Below are positions 46,345 through 56,277 of a stretch of DNA of 64,000 nucleotides, piece by piece. The notes beneath the pieces were generated by a model that had not been told where the DNA came from, searched no databases, and saw only the letters and a program-made list of their open reading frames with translations. Numbering within the stretch: the first letter of the stretch is position 1; each line of letters begins with the position of its first letter. Location of the stretch: NCBI GenBank assembly GCA_964429905.1, contig CAYSDV010000009.1, forward strand, positions 16,378 to 80,377, written 5' to 3'. A program made the position numbers and the translations under genes. The stretch is from an uncultured Treponema sp. (GTDB taxonomy: Bacteria; Spirochaetota; Spirochaetia; Treponematales; Treponemataceae).

Positions 46345-47856
46345 TTACAATTTATTAATATCCTTCAATTTTTCAGAAAGTTCTTTATCTCCAGTAATAT
46401 TAACAAGCGCCTTTAAAATATCTTCGCTTGTTGTCCAATAATCTGGCATTATGCCAAAACCTTCGTTGTTTTTCTCTAAATTATATGAAAACGTCCCCAT
46501 GTGTAATGCAATACCTGAATTCGGAAGTTGATAGCAGAAAATGTTTCCATAAGCCGTACATCCCATGGTATTTTCCCCTAAAACAATTAACTGTTCTGAG
46601 TGTGAAAATATTTTTTTTGCATAAAATACAGTTGATTCCGCAGATGAAGCCTTATTTTTACCTGTTAGAATTATTAATTTCCCTTCATATTTTGCTGATT
46701 GTATCTTAAGTTTGTTTTTTTTGTTATTCTTGACAACAATTTTTTTATATTCATTTTTTAAAAGTTTTTTATCTAAATCAAATTTTTCTAACAAATTACT
46801 GTTATCAGTCAGACAGTAATTTTTAAACCAAGTTTCAGCCTGAATGATAGCAGGAGATACATAGTCTATTCTGTTTTCTTCATTTAAAATTGTTTTTTTT
46901 AATTTATTCACATTATTCTTTGTTGTATTATCAGAACAATTTTTTTCTGCGTAAAAAAGATTGGATAAAAATCTAAATGTATAATAATCATTCCCACCGC
47001 CATTTGTACGCAAATCTAAAATGACACATTTTTTCTTGCCATATCTTGCAGAAACAGAACTAAGTTTTTTGTAATTTTCATCCACAATTTTTCTTAATGG
47101 ATTTGATTTTTCTAAATCAATTAAAGTTGGAACAAAAATATAAACCGAATTTCTTGTTTCAATTTCTTTATAAAGACCCAATTTATTACAAGATAAATGA
47201 ACTGTATCAATATTACACAATATTTTTCGTTGCATTCCAGAATATGAAACATTCACCCACATTTCATTTTTATTTAAACTTGCCATAGAACCAATTCTAT
47301 AAACATTTTCTCCTTCCGAAGGATATAAAAACAGATTTTCTTTTTCGATTTCAAGATTTTCACCAATACTAAAACTTTTATTATCAGATTTTTCTACAAC
47401 ATAACTATCATTATTTTTTTTAACATAAACATTTGAATACAAAACCCTGTACTTTATTATCAGCTGTTTTGCAAAATCCTTACTTTCAATACAAAAATGA
47501 GAATCCTGAATATATGGGGCTAAAAAATCATATATAAACTGGCTTAAATCAGATACGTTTATATTTTCTTTACCTATGTACAAATTCTTAAATTTTTCAA
47601 TTATCAGGTCTATTTCTAAACCACATTGTACAGCGTCATCATAGCCAGCATAAGCCGATTTCAAAAGATAAATCATCATATCTAGATCTTCTATAGCTTG
47701 ATTAAAAAAAATTTCTTCTTTAAACCATTTTTGGTAACCAAAAAAGTCACAGCGTACATCACGATACTTACACGGTTCTGATAAGATTACTTTAAAATTT
47801 GCCATACAAACTCCACATGCAATCAAAAAAACAAAAATTAACAATAGTTTTTTCAT
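46345..47856 (-). CDS. secreted S41-family peptidase (paralog 2)
   Basis: 503 aa. Signal is MKKLLLIFVFLIACGVCMA. Has VILDLRTNGGGND and ILTGKNKASSAESTVFYAK. Confidence 0.65.
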   Translation of the reverse strand: MKKLLLIFVFLIACGVCMANFKVILSEPCKYRDVRCDFFGYQKWFKEEIFFNQAIEDLDMMIYLLKSAYAGYDDAVQCGLEIDLIIEKFKNLYIGKENINVSDLSQFIYDFLAPYIQDSHFCIESKDFAKQLIIKYRVLYSNVYVKKNNDSYVVEKSDNKSFSIGENLEIEKENLFLYPSEGENVYRIGSMASLNKNEMWVNVSYSGMQRKILCNIDTVHLSCNKLGLYKEIETRNSVYIFVPTLIDLEKSNPLRKIVDENYKKLSSVSARYGKKKCVILDLRTNGGGNDYYTFRFLSNLFYAEKNCSDNTTKNNVNKLKKTILNEENRIDYVSPAIIQAETWFKNYCLTDNSNLLEKFDLDKKLLKNEYKKIVVKNNKKNKLKIQSAKYEGKLIILTGKNKASSAESTVFYAKKIFSHSEQLIVLGENTMGCTAYGNIFCYQLPNSGIALHMGTFSYNLEKNNEGFGIMPDYWTTSEDILKALVNITGDKELSEKLKDINKL

Positions 47857-47858
47857 AT

Positions 47859-48458
47859 CTAGTAAATAAAATCCTTCTTTAATGATTTTTCATAATGCCG
47901 TTCCAAAAATTGACTTATATCATTTTTAAAGACATGACATATTCGTTTATTTTCAAGAGAATGCTTTGGGCATCCTCCTTGACAACCAATAAACATAAAA
48001 CAATTTTTACAAACTTTATCAAACATTGACTGAGATTTTATAATATAATCAGACTCTGCAAGGACATTATTGATTTTTTTATCATTTAAATTATAAACGG
48101 CTTTATTCTTGATTCCGATGTCTTCCCAGCATTTATACAAAAATCCTTCTGCATCAACAACATAATTATTCAGTATCTGAACTCCACAAAAGCAGTTTCC
48201 AAACCATTGTGAATAAAAAACTTTATCCTCAATTCTATTTTTTTCATCAAAGAATTTCTTTTCTTCTTCCTTATAAAGGATAAAATCATTATCAGTTGGA
48301 ACTAAAAAATAAGGAAGCGCAAATATTTTTTGATTTTCAGGAAGAAAGTCAGGCTTTAAATTCATTTTAAATGAATTTTCACGCTCTGTACCTTTATATA
48401 AATCATAATTATTTAATGTTTGTTCTGCAAATATGAAATCTTGTAATATGCAACTCAT
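47859..48458 (-). pseudogene. chimeric ORF: N-terminus of an IucA/IucC-like gene fused to the SPASM C-terminus of a radical SAM gene (deletion scar)
   Basis: Residues 1-72 are about identical to residues 21-92 of track ORF 40401..41945. The rest (FGNCFCGVQILNNYVVDAEGFLYKCWEDIG...CKNCFMFIGCQGGCPKH...) aligns with the last ~125 aa of the rSAM/SPASM proteins. Confidence 0.8.
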
Positions 48459-48479
48459 AAACTCACCAATATTTTGAAT
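48241..48479. repeat. ~240-bp near-identical direct repeat, copy 2 (partner 41668-41905)
   Basis: See copy 1. Confidence 0.85.
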
Positions 48480-48551
48480 ATATCATATTAAATATGATGT
48501 TACCACTAAAAACTTTTCCATCAATAAAATAATTTTTTGAATTCTTTTTTG

Positions 48552-48664
48552 GGCAGCCCCGCCTTCGGCGGTCCGGGCTTTTCATTGTTCCGGCTCACGC
48601 CTCCATTCCTTCGCTTCGCTCGGAACGCGCAAAGCGCGCAATTACAATCCCTGCTGCAATCCGC
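48552..48664 (+). repeat. GC-rich structured intergenic element, copy B
   Basis: GGCAGCCCCGCCTTCGGCGG...GCGCGCAAAGCGCGC...ACAATCCCTGCTGCA. It is colinear with copy A and the hairpins are preserved. Confidence 0.6.
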
Positions 48665-48710
48665 TTTTTTTAAGTTTCAAATTTCTAAATTTCACGTTAT
48701 ATTATAATCT

Positions 48711-51545
48711 ATGGAACAAAATCTTATCAAAAAAACTCTTCTAGAAAACATTCACAACCAGAATGCTTTTTTTATTTTTCCCACACAAACCGCCGCTGAT
48801 CTTTGGGCAGACAAAATTGTTTGCGAAAGCAGCGTAAAAGCCGTTGCAATGGAACGCTTTTCAACCTGGGACAAATTCAAAGGCTCTTCAATCCGCGGGC
48901 AGCAACAAAAAAAACGTTCCGTTCCTGCGGCAATGCGCTCCATATTTGTTTCCGAACTTATCGCGCAAAATGCAAAAGAACCGTTTTTAAAAAATCTTAT
49001 TGTTCCTGAATACGCTAACTCCGCCGAAAATTTTGCAAACTGGCTTCAAACTCTTCTTCCGCCGCTTTTTACTTGGAAAAAACACTTTGAAAGCGCAAAT
49101 CTTGTTCCCGACGAAGAAGACAAAGATTTGCTTGCACTTTACGAACGCTACAATAATTTTCTTGAAGAACACAACTATTTCGATCCGGCTTGGGAAACTC
49201 CGCCGTTCAAACCGGACGGAAACCACTATTTTGTCTTTTTCCCGGAAATTCTTTCCGACTATTTTGAATACGAATCTATCCTGGAATTTTCCCCGGAAAG
49301 CATTACAACAATTCACGTTCCTAAAGAAATTGCTCCAGAAAATCAGCAAAAAGTTCATCTTTTGCCGAATTCGCGCACAGAGATTCGTTCCGTTTGCCTT
49401 TTCCTGCGCAATCTTTACGAAAATAAACAAATCAGCTGGGATCAAATTGCCGTAAGCGTTCCTGACGTGCAAACATATCTTCCATATATTGAGCGCGATT
49501 TTAAAATCTACCAAATTCCTTTTGTAAGCCGCAATTCCGCTCCGCTTGATTCAACTGGCGCAGGCAATTTTTTCAAACAGATTTTAAATTGCAAACAACA
49601 GAATTTCAGCTTTGAATCAATCAAAAATCTTCTATTAAATAACAATCTTCCGTGGAAAAAAGAAATTCCGGCTTTCAGCCTTATAGAATTCGGAAAAGAA
49701 AACAACTGCGTTTGCAGTTTTGAATATAACAGCGAAAAAATTGACATTTGGGAAAAATCTTTTTCTCATCCTAAAAAAAATCCTGATGAACAGGCCCGCC
49801 GTTTTTATTCAATTTTAAAACAAGACATAAATCAACTTGCAAATTCAAAAACGTTCACAGAAATCCGTACAAATTATTTTATTTTCCGCGAACATTTTTT
49901 TGATATGTCCGTCTGCACAGAAAAAACAAACAATATTTTAAGCCGCTGCATTACAGAACTTGGTGAACTTATAAAACTGGAAGAAGACGAAACAAACAAT
50001 ATCCGCCTTGAAAATCCATTCGCTTTTTACACAAATTATCTTTCCGGAATAAATTATCTTGCGCAGACAAACAAGCGCGGCGTTCAAATTCTTCCATACA
50101 AATTGTCGTCGTGCGCACCTTTTAAAGCGCAAGTTGTTGTAGATTCAAGCCAGAACGGTCTTTCCGTAATCTACAAGCAGTTTTCATTTTTGCGCGATGA
50201 TAAAAGAAAACTTTTAATGGAAGGAAAAGAAGATCCGAATGTTTCTGAACTTTTTGTAAAACTTTACGGAATGAATTCTACAGAACAGCCGGTTTTCTTT
50301 ACTTGCGCAGAAAAAACTTTTTCCGGCTATGCGCAAAGTTCCAGTTATCTCACAGAAATAAAATTTTCAAACAATAAAACTAAAGAAAAAGACGAAGAAC
50401 TGGTAAATCTTTTGCAAAACGACTTTTTTCTTGATGAAAAAAAATATTTTTTGGACTTTACTAGTAATTTTCCAAAAAACATATATTCAACCCAAAAAAA
50501 TGGCGAAGAATTCTGGGAAAAAAGTCAAAAAACTTCAGAACAGGATATTTCAAAATCAATTGAAATTGAAAAAAATAAGATTTTTGCAGGAAATCTCTTT
50601 TCAGAAAGCAAAGAAATTCAAATTTCAAGCACAACTTTAAGAAATTTCTTTGCATGTCCACGACTTTGGGCAATTGAAAAAGTCGGAAACCTTACTGAAC
50701 AAATAAATGTTGCAAAAGTTGCCGACCACAGAACGCTGGGCAATCTTTACCATAAAATTTTTGAACTTTTCTGCAAAGAACTGAAAAAACAAAACCTTCC
50801 TCTCCAAACAGAAGTTTTGCCACAAGGCGAATCCTTGCCGGAAAATTACAAAAAAATTCTTTTTGAAAACATAAAACTTGCTCTTCAATCGGAAAAAAAC
50901 AGTTATCTTACAAAGGAACTTTTAAAAACAACAGAAACTGCAATCACAAAAACTGTAACAAACGCAATTCTGACTTTTTCAAAAATATTTAAAGGTTGCA
51001 ATATTTTCAGTTCAGAAGAATCTTATGAATTCAAAGATAAAGACAAGAACTGCATTTACAACGGAAGAATTGACTGCCTTCTTTTAGATCCTTCTTCAAC
51101 AGAACTCTTTCTTGTTGATTTTAAAAGTTTTGACAGCGCAATTCCAGACAATTTTATTTACGCCGATGAATTTGCAGAAGGTGAATATCCTGATTTTCAG
51201 ATGCCGATGTATCTTTATCTTCTTGCAAATCAGGAAAAACCGCAAATTGTAGAAAACTGTTGTTTTTTTAATGTAACAAAAGCGGAAGTTACTCAAGTTT
51301 TTGGCACAGAACTTGCCGAACGGGTCGCCGCCGCTTTTAATAAAAAAGTTCAAAAAAATATTCTTACATTGCAGGATTTTGAACCGACGCAACAAAAATT
51401 CAAGGAAGCGGCAGAAAATTTTATTCATCGTATAGAAAATGCAGATTTTTCCGTTTCCCAGGAACTGCAAAATTTTCAAGTTTGCAACAAATGCCGCTGC
51501 AAGGCTATCTGCAGAAGAACATTTACTGTCAGCCGCCAAAATTAA
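48711..51545 (+). CDS. addB: AddB-like helicase-nuclease subunit (inactive helicase plus PD-(D/E)xK with Fe-S cysteines)
   Basis: 944 aa, immediately upstream of the UvrD-type subunit. C-terminal GRIDCLLLDPSSTELFLVDFKS and Cys set ACPRLW...CNKCRCKAIC. Confidence 0.75.
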   Translation: MEQNLIKKTLLENIHNQNAFFIFPTQTAADLWADKIVCESSVKAVAMERFSTWDKFKGSSIRGQQQKKRSVPAAMRSIFVSELIAQNAKEPFLKNLIVPEYANSAENFANWLQTLLPPLFTWKKHFESANLVPDEEDKDLLALYERYNNFLEEHNYFDPAWETPPFKPDGNHYFVFFPEILSDYFEYESILEFSPESITTIHVPKEIAPENQQKVHLLPNSRTEIRSVCLFLRNLYENKQISWDQIAVSVPDVQTYLPYIERDFKIYQIPFVSRNSAPLDSTGAGNFFKQILNCKQQNFSFESIKNLLLNNNLPWKKEIPAFSLIEFGKENNCVCSFEYNSEKIDIWEKSFSHPKKNPDEQARRFYSILKQDINQLANSKTFTEIRTNYFIFREHFFDMSVCTEKTNNILSRCITELGELIKLEEDETNNIRLENPFAFYTNYLSGINYLAQTNKRGVQILPYKLSSCAPFKAQVVVDSSQNGLSVIYKQFSFLRDDKRKLLMEGKEDPNVSELFVKLYGMNSTEQPVFFTCAEKTFSGYAQSSSYLTEIKFSNNKTKEKDEELVNLLQNDFFLDEKKYFLDFTSNFPKNIYSTQKNGEEFWEKSQKTSEQDISKSIEIEKNKIFAGNLFSESKEIQISSTTLRNFFACPRLWAIEKVGNLTEQINVAKVADHRTLGNLYHKIFELFCKELKKQNLPLQTEVLPQGESLPENYKKILFENIKLALQSEKNSYLTKELLKTTETAITKTVTNAILTFSKIFKGCNIFSSEESYEFKDKDKNCIYNGRIDCLLLDPSSTELFLVDFKSFDSAIPDNFIYADEFAEGEYPDFQMPMYLYLLANQEKPQIVENCCFFNVTKAEVTQVFGTELAERVAAAFNKKVQKNILTLQDFEPTQQKFKEAAENFIHRIENADFSVSQELQNFQVCNKCRCKAICRRTFTVSRQN

Positions 51546-51554
51546 GAGGATTTT

Positions 51555-54500
51555 ATGGAAAACAAAGAAAAACCATCATTTGACGAATATCAGAAAAGAG
51601 CAATAAATATCCTTCAGAATGCCGTTGTAAGCGCAGGCGCAGGTTCCGGCAAAACAACCGTTCTTTCAGAAAGATTTTTGCAGTTGGTTCAAAAAGAACA
51701 TTACAAAGTCGAAGAAATTCTTACGCTGACCTTTACAAAAAAAGCAACAGTAGAAATGTCTTCGCGGATATATCAGGTTTTAAGGGAAAAAGCGCCGGAA
51801 CAAGCCGCTGATTTTTACAAAGCAAACATAAAAACATTGGACAGTTACTGTAATTCAGTTGCGAAAATGGGCGCTCATTTTTATGGAATTGCGCCGGATT
51901 TTACGCAGGATGATTCAATAATTTCGCAAATACAGCAAATGGCTTTGCCTTTTGTTTTAAAAAACCGGAACAACGAAGCAATCAAGTTACTAGTAAAAGC
52001 CAACAATTTTGAAGAAAAAGTTCAGGAAATCTTTGTAAATCCAATAATAAAAAATTCAACTGTAGCCGAACCTCTGGATTTTGACGCTTCAATTGAAAAA
52101 CAAATAAAAGTTATTCTTGACGCATGGAAATCGCTAGGTAAAAAAGCAAATGATGCAATATTTCAGTTTGAACGCGCTTTTTCAGATTTCAGCGGAAACT
52201 GCGAAACAAAATATATCAAAGAAATCAAAGCCTTTTTTGAAGCAAACGGACTTCCGGATTTTCTGGAACTTACGGAAGAAGACATCAAAAATTCAAATGA
52301 ACAAAAATTCACCGCATATTTGAACTATGTTTTTTTGATTGGAAATATAAAACAGATAGGCGCGCCAAAAGGTTCAGAGGAATTAAAGGAAATTCAAAAA
52401 ACAATCCGGGAATACAGCGAAAAACTCAATTCAATAATCGACTATATTCCCAGCTACAAAATTATGAACGAACTCCTGCCTCTCTTAAAAGAATTTCAGG
52501 AAACAGCAAATAATTTAAAGCGAAGTTCCGGACATCTTACATTCAAAGATATTTCAAACCTTGCCGTATGCACATTGCGCGATCATCCGGAAATCCGCCA
52601 AATTGAAAAAAACAGATACAAAGCGATAATGATAGATGAATTCCAGGACAACAACAGCGAACAGCGGGACATGCTTTTTATGCTCGCGGAAAAACCGGAA
52701 CGCATGCAAAAAGGAGTTCCACCTGTTGAAGAGCTCTGCACAGAAAAACTGTTTTTTGTCGGCGATGAAAAGCAAAGCATCTACCGTTTCCGCGGCGCGG
52801 ATGTTTCGGTTTTCCGCTCTCTTTCAGATGATTTTAAAGAGGGAAACCTTAGCATGACAACAAATTACCGCTCAGATTTAGCATTGATCGGCGCATTCAA
52901 TACAATTTTTGGAGGCTTCCCCTACCCTGCCGAAAAAAATCCGCAGGACAAAAAAACGTTTGTTCCGCCGTGCGTTTTCTTTACAGAGCAAAAAAACTGT
53001 TCCGACGTTCCGCTTTACGAAGCCGTTTATCATAAAGTTTCAATGCCGCAAAAAAAACTGGAAGATGCAAAAAAACTTAGCACAGCGCAAATTTTCGCGC
53101 CAAAAGTTCACTTTGCTCTTTACGATGTAAATGATAACAAAGAATACAAAAACAACAACAATTTCTTTACAGAAGAAGAAGCAGAAGCGGAATGGACAGC
53201 GCAAAAAATTTTTGAACTTATTGAAAAAGGTCAAAATCCGAGCGAAATCGCAATCCTTTTCCGTAACTACAATCTTCAGCCACTTTACGAACGGACACTT
53301 CTAAAATATGGAATTCCATACAACACAGAAGTTGTAAAAGGCTTCTTTAACGATGGGCCCGCAAACGACATAATCGCATTTTTACGGCTTTGTGCATATC
53401 CGGAAGACACTCAGCCTTATGCGCAAATTTTGCGCTCCCCACTTGCCAATCTGCAAATTCAAGAAATAAATGCTATTCTTTCTGCCGGACAAAAACCGTT
53501 TGAAGGCGATTTTTCCGCCATTCTTGATTCAAAAAGTCTTGAACGCTACGAACATTTAAAATCAGCATTTATAAAACTAAAAGAAACCGCGAACACAAAA
53601 AGCATAGCGGAAATTGTTTCTGAAATCTGGTATGAATTCGGCTACCGATACGAAACCATGTGGAATTCTTCAGTTTCAATGTATGCAAAAATGTACGACC
53701 TTATTTTCGAACTTGCCTGCCGCGCAGAACAGCAGAATTTAAGTCTTGGCGCTTTCGTGGACAGCGTTGAAAACTACAAAGACGAAAATGAAAAACTGGA
53801 AGATATAGATATTCCTCTTGAACAAGCGGCCGGCGTTCATCTTCTTACAATTCACAAAAGCAAAGGCCTTGAATACGAAGTGATTTTTATTTGCGGTTCG
53901 CACAAAAAAGGAAAATCAGACTCGAATTCAGAAGCAGTTTATTCAAGCAAGGATTTTGGAATTTCCATTAATAATCCGGAATCTGCCGCACAAAACTATT
54001 TTTACAATATGGTTGCGGAAGAAAACAAAAAAATGCAGAATGCAGAATTGCGGCGCCTTACTTACGTTGCATTAACGCGCGCAAAAAAAGAAATTTATAT
54101 TACAAACGGAAAATATTCGCAGTCAAAAGATTCTTCCGGATTTCTTCCAGGCGCAGAAAAAAATCCGCGTTCCATTTTTGAAATTCTTGAACCTGTTTTT
54201 GATTACTATATGCAGGACGAAAATAAAAGCGCAAGCCCTTTTACAACAGAAGAAATAAACGTTTTTCCGCGCAATGCAGCAACTTCAGAAAAAAACATAA
54301 AAAACAATGCGGAATCAAAACTTCAACTGCTGAACTTACTAGAAAATTCCAAAAACATACTAGCAAACTCCAAAATAATCAGCGAAGAAGAGCCTGCGCA
54401 AAAATACATTTCTCCTAGCAAACTCCATACTTCCGATGAAGAAACTGAAACAAACAAGCAGAATATTCAAATAGAAACAAATGCGCCTTTTCAGGAAATA

Positions 54501-55049
54501 AACAGACTCGTGGAAGAAAACAAAGATTTCGGATTCAACAATTTCGGAACAATTGCGCACGCATATCTGGAAGCCGCTGTAAAAAATACAGAACCGGATT
54601 ATTCTTCAAAAGAAATTATAGGACTTCATGGAAACAACGAAAAACTGAAAATAATTGAAGATATCTGCGTTAAAATGCAAAAAGAATTCATTGAATCCAC
54701 TCTTGGAAAGCAGGCGCTGAATTCCGGATGGAAAAAAACTGAATTTGAATTCCGCGGAAAAATCGGAACAAAAATAATCAAAGGAATAATTGACCTTGTA
54801 TTTAAAAATGCAGACGGAACATACACAATAATAGATTACAAAACAAACCAGACAATTCAGCCGGAAATTTATAAATGGCAGCTGAGCTGTTACAAACAAA
54901 TCATAAAAGATATGCTTGGAATAGATGATTCGGAAAAAATAAAAACATATCTTTATTATTTGCGATTCGGTAAAGCAGTTGAAATTTTGACGGAAAATTC
55001 TTTATCAACTTTAAGCAATTTTATTGACAATCCGTCAATAAGCCAGTAA
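51555..55049 (+). CDS. addA: AddA-like UvrD-family helicase with C-terminal nuclease
   Basis: 1164 aa. Has AGAGSGKTTVLSERF, IMIDEFQDNN, VGDEKQSIYRFRGA, TIHKSKGLEY and a C-terminal GIIDLVFKNADGTYTIIDYKTN. Confidence 0.85.
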   Translation: MENKEKPSFDEYQKRAINILQNAVVSAGAGSGKTTVLSERFLQLVQKEHYKVEEILTLTFTKKATVEMSSRIYQVLREKAPEQAADFYKANIKTLDSYCNSVAKMGAHFYGIAPDFTQDDSIISQIQQMALPFVLKNRNNEAIKLLVKANNFEEKVQEIFVNPIIKNSTVAEPLDFDASIEKQIKVILDAWKSLGKKANDAIFQFERAFSDFSGNCETKYIKEIKAFFEANGLPDFLELTEEDIKNSNEQKFTAYLNYVFLIGNIKQIGAPKGSEELKEIQKTIREYSEKLNSIIDYIPSYKIMNELLPLLKEFQETANNLKRSSGHLTFKDISNLAVCTLRDHPEIRQIEKNRYKAIMIDEFQDNNSEQRDMLFMLAEKPERMQKGVPPVEELCTEKLFFVGDEKQSIYRFRGADVSVFRSLSDDFKEGNLSMTTNYRSDLALIGAFNTIFGGFPYPAEKNPQDKKTFVPPCVFFTEQKNCSDVPLYEAVYHKVSMPQKKLEDAKKLSTAQIFAPKVHFALYDVNDNKEYKNNNNFFTEEEAEAEWTAQKIFELIEKGQNPSEIAILFRNYNLQPLYERTLLKYGIPYNTEVVKGFFNDGPANDIIAFLRLCAYPEDTQPYAQILRSPLANLQIQEINAILSAGQKPFEGDFSAILDSKSLERYEHLKSAFIKLKETANTKSIAEIVSEIWYEFGYRYETMWNSSVSMYAKMYDLIFELACRAEQQNLSLGAFVDSVENYKDENEKLEDIDIPLEQAAGVHLLTIHKSKGLEYEVIFICGSHKKGKSDSNSEAVYSSKDFGISINNPESAAQNYFYNMVAEENKKMQNAELRRLTYVALTRAKKEIYITNGKYSQSKDSSGFLPGAEKNPRSIFEILEPVFDYYMQDENKSASPFTTEEINVFPRNAATSEKNIKNNAESKLQLLNLLENSKNILANSKIISEEEPAQKYISPSKLHTSDEETETNKQNIQIETNAPFQEINRLVEENKDFGFNNFGTIAHAYLEAAVKNTEPDYSSKEIIGLHGNNEKLKIIEDICVKMQKEFIESTLGKQALNSGWKKTEFEFRGKIGTKIIKGIIDLVFKNADGTYTIIDYKTNQTIQPEIYKWQLSCYKQIIKDMLGIDDSEKIKTYLYYLRFGKAVEILTENSLSTLSNFIDNPSISQ

Positions 55050-55109
55050 TATATAACCAGCTTGTAAATAAGCTGATAAACTCTCTCCGATGACCGTTAA
55101 ATCGGTCGG

Positions 55110-55154
55110 GCGCAGATTCTGGAACGTTGTATTCGGAATCTGCGCTTTTTTTTT
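55110..55154 (+). terminator. rho-independent terminator after addA
   Basis: GCGCAGATTC-16 nt-GAATCTGCGC followed by T9. Confidence 0.8.
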
Positions 55155-55289
55155 GTAAAAATCACCTGCCAATATGCTATAAAAAAGCGGATATCGGATT
55201 TTTGCGATTTTCAAAAAAACGGGGGTATTTTTTTAAGAACGACAAATAATTCAACTTAATTATTAAAAATGCCGTTTTTTGAAAAAATC

Positions 55290-55445
55290 ATATTAGATAT
55301 ATTAGATATGTTATTTTTTATATTACATTTATAATAAATTAAATAATCTTTTTTATTATCTTTTATATTACTTTTAATCTAATTTTTTATATTATACTTC
55401 TAATTTTTTATATTATATTTATTAGTATTTTATCTAATACTATTG
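55290..55445. repeat. AT-rich repeat field upstream of parA (candidate centromere/operator)
   Basis: Tandem ATATTAGAT x2 at 55290-55307. At least four copies of TTTTATATTA(C/T). Inverted repeat TAGTATT-ttatct-AATACTA. Confidence 0.4.
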
Positions 55446-55521
55446 CTTAGTTTTATTATTTATGTTAGAATTCTAATAATTAAACAAAAAGTTTTTTCGT
55501 AAAACTTTAAGGAGGCACAAA

Positions 55522-56277
55522 ATTAAAGTTATAACATTGGCACTTGCAAAGGGTGGAGTAGGCAAGTCGAGCATTTCGCTAAGCCTTGCGGCAGAACTTG
55601 CAAAAAACTATAAAACTGTGCTCATAGACGGCGACGTTCAGGGAAACAGCTCCTCAACATTGGTTTCAGAAACAAAATTTGAACTTGCTGATATTTTAAA
55701 CGGAAAATGCTACGTAGAAGATGCTGTTGTAAAAACAGAAATCCCGAACCTTTTCGTAATCCCTACAGTCGCAACGGAAAACAATCTTAGAATCTACAAA
55801 TCGGAAAAAGCCAGCGGAGAGCCGGAAATATTCATGGACATTACAGAGGAACTTGAAAAACTCGGATTTGAATATGCAATCATAGACACATCGCCGGCAT
55901 TCGATTCTTTTGAAGGAAACATTTTCCTTGCAACAGACGAAGTAGTTCCGGTAATGCTTCTTGATCCTTATTCATTCGACGGACTTACAATGTTCAAGAA
56001 AAATCTGGAGGACTTCCGGGCAAAACATAAAAGACAGCTTTCGGACACAAAAGCCGTCATCAAAAGAATTGTTCTTAACAATTACGACTCCAGACTTGCG
56101 CTTTCAAGAAACATACTTGAAGTTATGCAGAAGCAGAAAGAATACAAAACATATCTTATTCCTACCGAACAGAATTTCAAGCGCTCAGTAAACCAGAAAA
56201 CTCCTGTTCAGTATCTTTCCGGAACAAAGACTCAAGTTCTGAATGCGCTGAAAGAACTTTCCAAGGATGTTGAATAA
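55522..56277 (+). CDS. parA: ParA-family partition ATPase (probable ATT start)
   Basis: Deviant Walker A KGGVGKSS. The track ORF starts at TTG 55537 (MALAKGG). Extending to ATT 55522, 6 nt after GGAGG, gives (M)KVITLALAKGGVGKSS, the canonical ParA N-terminus. Confidence 0.8.
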   Translation: MKVITLALAKGGVGKSSISLSLAAELAKNYKTVLIDGDVQGNSSSTLVSETKFELADILNGKCYVEDAVVKTEIPNLFVIPTVATENNLRIYKSEKASGEPEIFMDITEELEKLGFEYAIIDTSPAFDSFEGNIFLATDEVVPVMLLDPYSFDGLTMFKKNLEDFRAKHKRQLSDTKAVIKRIVLNNYDSRLALSRNILEVMQKQKEYKTYLIPTEQNFKRSVNQKTPVQYLSGTKTQVLNALKELSKDVE

